A DNA stretch of 63,006 bases, filler included, from Nemertoderma westbladi (lineage: Eukaryota > Animalia > Xenacoelomorpha), in NCBI GenBank assembly GCA_032718475.1. It is 4 parts of 4 records of this genome, joined end to end, with 100 filler letters (N's around TTAATTAATTAA, not from the genome) between each part and the next. Parts side by side here need not be neighbours in the genome. Positions count along the whole stretch, not along the records: positions 36,331 to 53,470 come from JAUCBJ010003229.1; positions 53,571 to 63,006 come from JAUCBJ010003999.1; 2 more parts are not named here. One strand, written 5' to 3'. Below, piece by piece: positions 52,188 through 63,006 of this stretch. The translations under genes and the position numbers were made by a program. The notes under the pieces were generated by a model. That model did not search any database. It was not told the origin of the DNA and saw only the letters and a program-made list of their open reading frames with translations. Positions within the stretch are counted from its first letter, which is position 1. Each line of letters begins with the position of its first letter.

Positions 52188-53470
52188 TTCACATGTTAAA
52201 TTGTTCTAAGCAGTACAAAAACACACTTTTAAAAAACACTAGCTACCATATTAAAATAATACTTGAATTTTTTTTATATACTAGTGCTTTAGTGTATAAT
52301 GTAAGACTTTATCTTACGCCGGTCCCGAGTGTTAATATTTACACGAACGAGCGGAGCGAGTGAGTGAAATATTGAAACGAGGGACCGAAGAGAGATAAAG
52401 GTACATTATACTGTACACAATATAATATGTGGTTCTACAGTCCCTATCTCATTCTAGATACCGTTTCTCAAACTGGGTACCTTTTCTCTTACCGCACTCT
52501 TACTAACTCAAACCTGTCTGGTTTACTCAAACCCTACTCAAACTCGCGTAACTACCCACTGTGCACTGTGTAGCATTCATACAACAAGCTGTCTGTGTTT
52601 AATGGCCCACTCGCTTCTGTTATACTCTGCCAACGGGTTTGATGGTCTCCTGCTGTTATAACATTCCCTAAACTTGATTTGTGTGTGTGTAATTAACTCC
52701 AGTAGACAGTGAGAATTAAGTTGCATACTCAGTGACTCAATTTATTTTTAAATTTCAGAATAAAAAAATGATATGCTATATTATTAAACTGAAGATTTAT
52801 TAATTTTTTATTACATTTATTAAGTATGTCTGACTCATAACATATTAACGTTATTTTACATTAAAATATAACCATAAAATATAACCAACCAATTTTATAA
52901 ATTTATTTTAATGTCGCGTATATTTCGCTAATGTTTCTAATGTTTAACTTTAATGTTTTACTAATGTTTTACTAATGTTTAATTCTCTATTACATCGTCA
53001 ACACAATTATTCGCAATACATCCGGGTGTGGGTATAACGGGCCAAGTGGCCAGAGGAAACCTCTGTAATTATAGACAGGGCCATATTTATGGGATGGGGG
53101 GGGGGGGGGGGGGGGGGGGGGTCCCGCGAGGTCGCGCGGTGTTGCGAGGTCCCATATGCACTAATAATTCTTAATTAACCATTAGATTTTTAAACTGATA
53201 TTTGGCTCCAATTGACACCATTGTCACCAAATTGGATATTTATCAAAAGGCACCAATTGACATCAAACAGACAGACAACAGAGCACCAATTGCCCACAAC
53301 AATATTCCCAGAATTAAAACTTTCTCTACAAACAGACCGAGCCAGTGTGGTTTAGTTAACAACATACATTTAGTAAAGCCCATAAAGGAACTGCGTGATT
53401 GACATGTCTTTTATGAGACACACGCAAGCTGGCCTGCCCAGCTTATGTAATTCAACCCATTAACTCAAGA

Positions 53471-53570
53471 NNNNNNNNNNNNNNNNNNNNNNNNNNNNNN
53501 NNNNNNNNNNNNNNTTAATTAATTAANNNNNNNNNNNNNNNNNNNNNNNNNNNNNNNNNNNNNNNNNNNN
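53471..53570. other. Assembly gap/linker
   Basis: N-TTAATTAATTAA-N. Confidence 0.97.
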
Positions 53571-54434
53571 TGTATGATTCAATACAAAGTACATTAAGCA
53601 AGTAAAGTTCAGTAAATCCTAAAGATAGCATATAGCAATGTATCTCTAACAGTTCAATCTCATGGGGAACTAGTATTCCCGGTCGTTCGAAACCCTGCAT
53701 TAAATATGAACCGGTATGACCTACTATAGATAACAATTATAGTAGGTAATGTAACCGATATTATGATAGATTTAGCGGACCGTGAAAAATAAGAATAGTG
53801 CAACTAAAGTATCTTGCAATACTACTCTATAAATTGCATTAAATTGTGTAGGCTGGGTCCAATTGAGGTTCTAAGGTCACGTTAATAGAGGTAGTTTACA
53901 CTTCAGTACTCAACCCAGTCAACTCTTATACCGGTACTGTATGTCTCTATCTACAACAGGTTCTACACCCACTAATTCAATCTTTGCGTTTCGAATGAGC
54001 CCAGAATATGCGATGTACGACCACCTGGGTGTTTATTTTCACACAATCCATCCACAAGTAGTAAATAAGACAATGTTGTGGTGTGACCGGTGAAAAACGA
54101 CTCCATCTTTTAATGGTGAACATTTTTAAGATTATTTTAGTTATTTCCTTTCTAGAAATCTACATATACTGTAGGATATATATATAAGATTTCTAGGACG
54201 TAAAGATCTCAAGATTGACATAGAAAATCGATAGTACAGAAGAGCGAGTTTTGGTGACAACCAAAACGTTTCAGCTTCCATACACATATCAACCGATTCC
54301 AGGCGAAAATGACATAAAAAACCAAAAAGAGCTTTTGTTTTGGTTAGAATAGCTTACCAATGCAACCTGCTCCTTTTCCCCCGTTTACCCCCCCCCCCCC
54401 CTCCCCCCCACCCCTCAATCTTGAGGAATCATAC

Positions 54435-54563
54435 CTGATCATTGAGTTGTTGAATCGACAGTTCAGCGGGTTCTTGCGTTGTAGGCCTAATACTTCGGAC
54501 TACTTCATGTGAATCGGTTCGCCTTTCAGGAACGGTTGTTGCGTGATCAAACGGAGAATGCAG
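54435..54563 (-). CDS. Putative internal exon of an unidentified gene
   Basis: TTTTTACAG|LHSPFDH...SIQQLNDQ|GTATGA, 43 open codons, phase 0/0. Confidence 0.5.
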
Positions 54564-54899
54564 CTGTAAAAACATAACGGCAAAAAAATACAGTTAATAA
54601 CCAGCTAATACATCCTCCAAGAGCAAATTGTCAGCTAAACGCAGCTAAAAGTAATATCTGTCTCCTCCAGTGATTAAGTCGTCTAGTTGTGGTTGTGGGT
54701 ATGGCTGGACCTCTCTGTTGCGGAATAATCCTAGTGTGCGATAACAGCATACAGCTTCATACTTCACACTGCAGCAGGGCAACAAGTATGAGCCACTTTA
54801 CTATTGTGGTAGCATCATACGATGGAGTAACTAACTATATTCACATTTACTCGTCCCATCACAGTTGCCAACTGCTTCAGTACTACCGTATGGTGTATT

Positions 54900-55420
54900 A
54901 AACCTTCCACAAATCTTGTGTGGGGCGAGCCCTGCCTTGGAATTGGAACGCTCTGCCTAATGAAATTAAAAACCTAGATAATCAACATTCTTTTAAATCT
55001 GCAGTTAAATCTCACCTCGGTGTGCAATGTAAAAATAGGTACAATAGTCCTACAGTAAGTTATTAGTTTATTAATTATTTGCTATTTATACTGTAAATAC
55101 GTTTTATAATAAATTGTTCTGTACATTACATCTTTATCGTTGAGTCGGGCATTGTCCCGCTCTCGGTAAAGTTGTACATGTACATAGTGTATTTACGTTT
55201 TATATTTTATATTTTTATTATAGTTTTTTATTTATGTTAGCGTAGTGTAATATTGTATTTGTAACCATGTAACATAAAGGACCCCCTTGGAAATAAGCTG
55301 CAAAGATTTAGGGGTAATCCTATATGTTATGTTGGACAATACCTTTATACCGGTACATTGTTTGGTGTATTTGTTATTGTTTTTACATAATGTATAAATA
55401 TATCTATCTCTATCTATCTA
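54900..55420 (+). mobile_element. 3' remnant of a CR1/L2-like LINE
   Basis: WNALPNEIKNLDNQHSFKSAVKSHL, an AT-rich 3' UTR with a stem-loop and a (TATC)n-like tail. Confidence 0.6.
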
Positions 55421-57064
55421 TAGCCACAAAGTATAGGTGAGCTTTTGTGTAGCGGTATAATCGATGGACGGTCTGTTTGCTCTGCAGTCGTCGATGGATA
55501 TGTTTGAATGCTAATAAGTCGAACCAAACTTTGTACACTAAGAAACGACTCGAGCTGCGCGAAGTCCCCCCAGCGTGATTTCTGTACTGGCGTTATAATT
55601 TTCTGTTGGCAGTTTCCTGCAAAACCAGCCTTGGATAGGGTCGGTCTATTTCGCACCAATCTCATTGGGTTAATGTCGTCATATATCTTCCACATACATT
55701 TGTTTAGCGCCAAGGCAACAAACTAACCCTGAGTTTTGTAGTTCCACTCGCGATGTGCTGAGTTGAACCTATGACGTCATTCGAAACATAAATTTCTGGT
55801 CCCAAGTGAAATCCGCCAACCCCACCTGCAATATTGTTAGCAGTGTATAAAATAGGTTCTCCTACTGTATAGTAGACGCATAGTTAAATACTCTATTTTG
55901 GAAACCGGCGAGGCTAATGCTGCCGTCCTAAGGCAAATCCATGTAGCTCGAATTTTGACGAAAATGAGATATTGGTATCATTTTAAAGCTTACGGCGAGC
56001 TCTATCTGGTGGTAGAACTTAATAGAGTGCATCTAAACTCTAAAGGGGTTAAAAAGGGTGTAGAAGGTAACTAACTATACATTATATGAATTTGTTAAGG
56101 CATGCCAAGGCAGAACCATGTAACCCTAATGTGTTAATGACACTCCATGTAACTACTATAAGCGTACACCATGTATCTCATGCGAGTTACATTGTATTGG
56201 CTTAGGAACAGCTGTTTAAATTTATATAATTTACATGGTGTAATATAAGTAAACTGGTTAGAATTTGTAAGGTAAATCCATGTAACTCGAAAATCAAAAT
56301 CAAAACATACATTTTTTAAATAGCTAGCTTAAGTTTGGAGATCTAAGACTTTCTAGGTATTTAAATAAACTATTTGACTAAACTTTAGTGTTGAAAATGT
56401 TCACACAAACATTCACATGTTTTCGTGCAGATCCGTTTATGGTTAGGAGGGCAGATTGAATGAATGGCTATACCAACATAAATATTTTAACTCCAACCAA
56501 AATATAATTATTTATCTTCCACTATTTTTAATTGCAAATTAAATTTAAGTTTTTTATCAGAGCAAATTAGGGATTCCAAGTAGAGATATCGTTTACCGTT
56601 TTTGTTAGAAAACAGTTAAAATTTGTGGTTTCTGCGTCATCTTATTATCAGATTATTTATAAATAACTTTACTAATTTCATTTCCAGTATCTCTAAACTT
56701 TATATGACCCTTATAATGACTTTATATATCACCCTTATCCATTTGTTTGTATTCGCGCGGTGCACTTTAAACTTCACAATTATAGAAATTTAATCTGATT
56801 ATAAACACAATGAATGAATGAATTACAGTGGACTTTGGGACCTGAACTACTGTAGGAGGAGACGATCTGGGTGATGGTTTTACGGATATATAGACTAAGT
56901 GCCGGTACTGTAGTACGTAATTAAAATAAACGAAAAGTGAAAACCTGGTATTATATTATTCACATTGGTGGCGTTTGCTTATATTGCAATTTTTACCAAT
57001 TGTAAAAATTCCAGAGGTAGTTTCCTTGCCCAGACCACCGGTGTAAACATACTTAAAGGATTAA

Positions 57065-58848
57065 AGGCGGGTAGCAGATCTGTGAGTGGTCAAAATTGAG
57101 TTTATTGCCAATTTTTTCGGCCCAAACATGAAATTATTTTGCAAAAAAATGAACAATATAAAACAAACAAACAGGCCTTCAACAGGGCAGCTCGGTAATG
57201 CTAACTACTGGAAAACTAAAACACTATACTTAAACTAACAGCACTACAGTACTATAACTACACCACTACTGCACCAACAGTCTGATAGTACCGGTACTGG
57301 ACGGGTCCAGTGGTTCAACATATAGCCCGGCGGCTACAGACTGTTGGTGCAGTAGTGGTGTAGTTATAGTAGTGTTGTTAGTTTAAGTAGTGTTTTAGTT
57401 TTTCAGTAGTTACAGTAGGCATTACCAAGCTGCCCTGTTGAAGGCCTGTTTGTTTGTTTTATATTGTTCATTTGTTTCAATCAGGCCCGTAGCCAGGATT
57501 TTTTAGTTGGGTAGGCGAGGGAATATCAGGGTAGGCTGGCGCAAAAATGTTAATTTGGATAAATTTTATAATATATTTAATTGTATACAGTAGGTATAAA
57601 GCAAAACGACAGTAGGGTCTACATGGAGTCCGCCATCAGTTCATCATTTGTATACAAAGACAACATAAACACAGATAGGGGGGGGGGGGGGGGGGGGGAA
57701 ATGAACGCAATAAAAATTCATCCCTCTCCAGGGGAAATTCGACGCAAATAACAGCTGATTATTCTCAAAAATGATACTGTATCCTGTTCTATTGACTTTA
57801 GTTTATTAACGTGCCACTGTAACCTGATCCTTTCCCTAAATTGAGAATTTAACATTGAGGCGGGATATTAATTCGCCAAGGCGGATTTTGCGTCCAGTCC
57901 CCCCCCCCCCCCCTGTCTCCATAAACAAGTCCAGTCTACTAGCGCATGAACTGTCTCCTTGAATGGCTTACTACCAATCTTACTACCTAAAATATTCACC
58001 GGCTTACCAAAAATATTCACCGGCAAGTGGGATTGAACTCGTTATGTAGGCCTGTGTTGCAGATAAACATCCCTTTTATTGGTAATACACAACACACTCC
58101 ACTGTATGTACCATTACAGGATGGTTGGGTGCAACCTTTGCCCTCTTACAACCATCGCCCGTGTCCAATCTTCATCCGCGTCCAACCTTCACCTGGGGGA
58201 ACCTTCGCCCACACAAGGCAATCCAATCTTCGCCCACGAGCAATCTTCGCCCAATAAGATTTGTGTTAGAAATCATTTTAGTTACCAATTGAGTGAAAGG
58301 ATCAGGTTACAGAGACGGCTTTTTCTAACCAAAACAATAAACGATGTTGTTACAAATTGAAGGAAAGCAGCAGGTTACAGAGACGGCTTTTTCTCACCAA
58401 AACAATCATTGTTTAGTGGGCGAAGATTGGACGCGGGCGAAGTTTGCTGCGCACCTAAAGAACGATTGTTCGATGACTGTAAGGGTGGAGTAGGCCCTAC
58501 TGGACTGTAGTAGTAGTAACCGTGTTTGCCTACGGAAAGTATTATTAAAATGAAAGTAACTTACAATCTGAGTGTAATATGTACCGGTGTTTGATTACTA
58601 CAAGGCTAATGTTTAAAGAAGGCGCGCATGGAACCAGAAAATGGATGTGTAAAAATGTAAAATTATACTAATGAAGAAAAATTTCTTACAAAAAATTGGA
58701 TGGGCGAGACCCACGTTTGGGTAGGCGGCGCCTACCTTCGCCTTATACTGGCTACGGGCCTGGTTTCAATACTGCAATAATTTCATGTTTGGGCCGAAAT
58801 ATTGGCAATAAACTCAATTTTGACCACCCACAGATCTGCTACCCGCCT
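57065..58848. mobile_element. Palindromic TTAA-flanked (Kolobok-like) MITE, interrupted by a hAT-like MITE
   Basis: TTAA|AGGCGGGTAGCAGATCTGTG ... CACAGATCTGCTACCCGCCT|TTAA; inner palindrome 57150-57473. Confidence 0.8.
57482..58762. mobile_element. hAT-like MITE
   Basis: TIR CAGGCCCGTAGCCAG/CTGGCTACGGGCCTG; 8-bp direct repeat GTTTCAAT (57474-57481, 58763-58770). Confidence 0.85.
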
Positions 58849-58986
58849 TTAATCCTTTCAATTGTAAAAATTGGTGATGAATACCTGTGAATAATTTGTT
58901 GTTGAATATAAATACACTGGCGGCTCCTACTAACAACCCTAACTGTAAGATACTGTAGGTTGTACAGTACATGACTAAAGAAATAC

Positions 58987-59179
58987 CTGCTAAATGTTTA
59001 TAGTTGCCCAAGCTGCTACTTCTGTTGTGACTCCCCCCGACTCTATTCGGTACTCGGTGCAGACCGGTGGAGTCATCGCCAGACACCGAGTTGGCCGATT
59101 GGAAGCCAAGCAGAGATGACGTCACACCATAATCACTTCCCAGTTGTGAGTTCCAACTGTATTGCGATTGATCGCCGAT
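58987..59179 (-). CDS. Putative internal exon of an unidentified gene (Ser-rich)
   Basis: TTGCTTTAG|IGDQSQYSWNSQ...SHNRSSSLGNYKHLA(G)|GTATTT; in phase with the exon at 60166. Confidence 0.55.
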
Positions 59180-59817
59180 CTAAAGCAACAAAAACGTAAT
59201 GAAACGCAACTAAATAACGAGAACCGGCTACCCGGTGGTGTGGATTGGTAACTCGCTTTGTTTATACAGTAGCTACCTATTGCGAGGGCCCAGGGTCGAC
59301 CCCGTGCCGAGATTGTTATAATTTCACAACTAAAAGTAAAGTTTTCTTCTGCCGTTGGGTCAGGGATTAGGGTTACGCATAATGTCTGAACTGACTTATT
59401 TCCAGTGCTGCCCCCCCCCCCCCCCAGAACTATACTCCCCAGAGGAAACTCAAGTACGCATTTAACTACCATTTAATGGTTTGGTTAGATGCAGCCCTTC
59501 TGTATCCTTGTTTTTTTATAGTGAAAACTTGGTAATTCTTCAAATTGGGATGAACTACAAAGTGAAAAATAACAGCTGAAAGTATAATTATTATTTGTAT
59601 ACAAGTCTGGTACTTCACATGGGCCCCCTTCGAACCTTACAGGTAACTACCAAGAGAAGCCTTCGTGTAGCCTGTTTAGTGTTTCAAGTTCATCTTATCA
59701 GTTGATTCAAACACAGTGAAATTAAATAGAATTTATTAGCACGGAATGCGCTAATTGGTTGAATGGGAGCAAATATGCCTTATATGAAAGATTATATGTA
59801 GCTATCGGTTTATGAGC

Positions 59818-60065
59818 CAGGGTTGCCACTCTATTTCAGTTTCAATATTCCTGACTTTTTGAACAATATCCCTGCCTGCTGGTACAATATAGTATATACA
59901 ACAATAGTTACAAAAAGTCACGTATCAATTTCCCTGATTTTACGCCGATTTGTACAATTTTTACTAGAATCCCTAGTAGTAGAGTCTTGGCCGGCTCTAC
60001 TACTATCCCTGACATTTCAAGAAAAACTAAAATTCCATGAATATTCCAGGTGAGTGCCAACCCTG
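59818..60065. mobile_element. Small MITE
   Basis: CAGGGTTGCCACTC ... GAGTGCCAACCCTG inverted termini; target duplication unclear. Confidence 0.55.
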
Positions 60066-60165
60066 ATGAACCTTCCCTAATCTTAACACCACAGTTCACT
60101 TTACTGCCCCCCCCCCCCCCCCCCCCCCCACCCCCAACCTCTTTATGTAATGATAGTTTTCATAC

Positions 60166-60399
60166 CGTCCGCAGTGCTTCGTCGGCATTAGCTAGTTGAT
60201 TGATCGCTCTGCGGTCCAGACTAGAAGTCTTAAAGACAGATCCTTCGGATCTCAGGGTGTTCTTTAGGATTCCCTTAACGCTATTCGGCCCACCGTAGGG
60301 TGCGTTGGAGTAGTCGCTTAGCTGCAACGATGGGTTGCTTTCTGTAGAGTACAGCGAAGTAACAGGGTACATTGAAGCGAGCGGTTCCCTAAGTTTCCT
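60166..60399 (-). CDS. Putative internal exon of an unidentified gene
   Basis: CATCTAG|RKLREPLASMYP...VKGILKN...TSSLDRR...ALRT|GTATGA, 78 open codons. Confidence 0.55.
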
Positions 60400-61081
60400 C
60401 TAGATGGGGTAAAGTAGTTGATGGTTTACGGATAAGTATTAATTTCTGTTCATAATAAAAATATATTTAAGAGAAACGTCTTTACATTAATACAATGCAA
60501 TCAGGTTAACTTCTAATATTATTGAAGACCCACTAGGCTATCGTACTGTAGGACAATTATTAAAAAAACAGCAAATGTAAAAATGCCATAGTTAACTATT
60601 AATTAAATTGAACGAAGGGTGAAAATAATCTTAAAATTACATTGGGTTTTAAACGCTCTCTAAACTAAAGTAACCGTAGTAGTCAAAGTAACATGGTCTT
60701 CTATGTGGGAGTTCCTAGTAGGGTTGGAACCAATAAACTGTGGGGCGAGCCACGCAGTCAGGACGAGCCTTTAATCGCACAATTATAATTTGTAAATAGG
60801 GCAAAATTTCATGTTCGTATGTCTGTTCATCTGTCTGTCCGTCTGTTATGAAAAATTCATTCGTAAATAACTTTTGGAAATTTTAACCATTTTCAACCTA
60901 ATTTTGTATGGGCATAGAGAAAAAGTTCCATTATATTTGAAAGTTACGGGCAAATAGCTCTCGAACTTTTGACTCCAGATCAAATCGAACTTGTTTCGAA
61001 CTTGCTCAAGTTCGCCCCCCCACGAACGTGTAGTATAAGATACATTAGAATGTCGTTGTCGTTCCTCATTAAGACGATGAG

Positions 61082-62809
61082 GTGGGGATCGCCTTCAAAC
61101 AGTCCAAACGCGGAGTACGACAACTAAAAAATGCACTTATGAAGACACACGTTGCAAGATCAGTCGGTGAAGTAACTCACAAGCTGAAGTGCAACCCAAA
61201 GGGTTTCTGGCGAAAATTTTCAAACAAGGGAACTTCAAGTACACCACCAACTCAGATTCAGGAACAAATACGTAAGTCATATAGGGACAGAATTACAAGA
61301 AACGTTACTAGTACTACCAATATCACCGATAATTTGGACAGACAATGCAAGAATACTACTGTGCCTACCATATCTGAAGAAACTATAAGGAAATCTATTC
61401 TATCTTTATCGGTAGGGAAGTCGCCGGACCTCAATTCTATAACAGTGGAGCACCTTTTATCCGCCAACCCCGAGACTATGTGTCACCTGTTAGCAAATAT
61501 GTACAATGCAAGTATACGTATTGGCATGGTGCCCGATGTTTTTGGAGCAACTATCATAACAAGTCTATTCAAAGGGAAGAGGAAGGATCCCATGAGAACT
61601 AACTCTTATAGACCGATTGCCAGCATATGCCTATTAGCAAAGGTACTCGAGCGTATAATATACAAGGGCTTCCTTGAGAATATCCTTCCAAGAAACGACT
61701 ATCAGTTAGCATATAAAGAACAAGTGGGATGCGAGGCTGCCATCGGTTTGATACTGGAATGTATACAACACTTTAGTGAACTAGGATCAGGTCTGTATAT
61801 GTGCCAACTTGATATCAAATCCGCTTTTGACGAAGTTGACCACGCAGTTCTCTTCGAGAAGTTATCAGGAATTATAAACCCATTCATTTGCCGTCTACTG
61901 GTTCATTACTACAGCATCGCCATGGTGTACCTCAAGTTTGGAAATCTGATAGATGTGGTTGGCATAAATATGCCTAGAGGGATCATGCAAGGATCATTAC
62001 TGTCACCATGCTTATTTAATCTTTACACCATCAGCGTCATGCAGTCGCTAACTGAATCCGGACTGGGGTGCATGATCAACGATATCTGGTTCGGCTGCAT
62101 AATGTATGCTGATGATGTTTTTCTTTTAGCCACTACAATACAGGAAATAGAACTCATGTCAAATATACTGAACATGGGGCTCGATAAGTTACAACTAATG
62201 TTCGAGCCGTCTAAATGTCACTGGATGTACAGCGAAGCTAACAACAACACTTACATACCGTGTTTCCTCAATATTAATGGGCAGCTAATACCGGAAAGTC
62301 AGACAATCGAGTTCCTGGGCTACACTCTTTCTTCCAACAAAACTAGCGCACACGCTGCCGCAGAGTGCACTCAGCATATATGGAAAATGGGAGGAATTTT
62401 TCAACAGAAAGGGTGGACATCGCAATGGTTAGATACCGAAACATTATCATATCTCTGGAAGTCACTTGTAATCCCAAGCTTGACATACAAGCTGAAGTAT
62501 ACGATTGGTAACCTGAGCAAGAATGACATATCTCGTATCGATTCCGCATATAGACAGGCTCTACGCCGACTTCTGCATGTTGGAGTATATATAAACAACG
62601 ACACATTATACGAACTCCTGAATATTTTGCCTCTCAGCACCATGGCCTATCGTGGCGCCGTGTCAACATTATTGCAAATACTTAGATGCCCTATATTCAC
62701 CTTACAAACTAGCTTCCGGTACATTGCTTTGGATAATGCGATATCAGTAGTAATAGTATGCCATCCTCGGCGACAGTTGGACCCACTTCACACCTTGGGT
62801 GTTAAGTAG
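61082..62809 (+). CDS. Non-LTR retrotransposon reverse transcriptase (5'-truncated LINE ORF)
   Basis: GKSPDLNSITVEHL, KGK.KD..NSYRPI, QLAYK, LDIKSAFDEVDH, GIMQGSLLSPCLFNLY, MYADDV, EFLG; no endonuclease domain upstream. Confidence 0.93.
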   Translation: MGIAFKQSKRGVRQLKNALMKTHVARSVGEVTHKLKCNPKGFWRKFSNKGTSSTPPTQIQEQIRKSYRDRITRNVTSTTNITDNLDRQCKNTTVPTISEETIRKSILSLSVGKSPDLNSITVEHLLSANPETMCHLLANMYNASIRIGMVPDVFGATIITSLFKGKRKDPMRTNSYRPIASICLLAKVLERIIYKGFLENILPRNDYQLAYKEQVGCEAAIGLILECIQHFSELGSGLYMCQLDIKSAFDEVDHAVLFEKLSGIINPFICRLLVHYYSIAMVYLKFGNLIDVVGINMPRGIMQGSLLSPCLFNLYTISVMQSLTESGLGCMINDIWFGCIMYADDVFLLATTIQEIELMSNILNMGLDKLQLMFEPSKCHWMYSEANNNTYIPCFLNINGQLIPESQTIEFLGYTLSSNKTSAHAAAECTQHIWKMGGIFQQKGWTSQWLDTETLSYLWKSLVIPSLTYKLKYTIGNLSKNDISRIDSAYRQALRRLLHVGVYINNDTLYELLNILPLSTMAYRGAVSTLLQILRCPIFTLQTSFRYIALDNAISVVIVCHPRRQLDPLHTLGVK

Positions 62810-63006
62810 GTCATTAATTAATTAAACAATTAATTAATTGGTCGATTAAACAATTAATTAATTGTTTAATCAATCGATTTGTATCAAATAATGTTGCCAA
62901 AGGCAATTTAATTTGACACAAATCAATCAGATAGGGACGCGAGATGAATAAATTGTACTATAACAAACGAAATGTACAATACAATAGGCACTGTGCAATA
63001 TAATAT

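Overview
AT-rich, repeat-dense nuclear DNA from an invertebrate animal, made of four contigs joined by 100-bp N-TTAATTAATTAA-N linkers. Recognisable host genes are all on the minus strand: a 5-exon Van Gogh/strabismus (Vangl) gene (9693-18931), a 2-exon checkpoint kinase Chk1 gene (24436-26257), an intronless cytochrome bc1 core protein 2 gene (38182-39597) and probable exons of an unidentified gene (54435-60399). The rest is satellites (11, 28/31, 35/36 and 30 bp units), nested non-autonomous DNA transposons (hAT-like, TTAA/Kolobok-like, a 6.9 kb foldback), LINE remnants, a truncated Penelope-like element and an orphan 426-aa ORF between two diverged ~3 kb repeats. The main observation is that, of the five introns whose boundaries I could infer in Vangl and Chk1, two have non-canonical donors (Vangl GA-AG, Chk1 GG-AG). 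Those same two introns are bounded by inverted repeats beginning at the donor, which suggests transposon-derived (introner-like) introns spliced by a spliceosome tolerant at position +2. All coordinates and alignments were read by eye and no searches were run.
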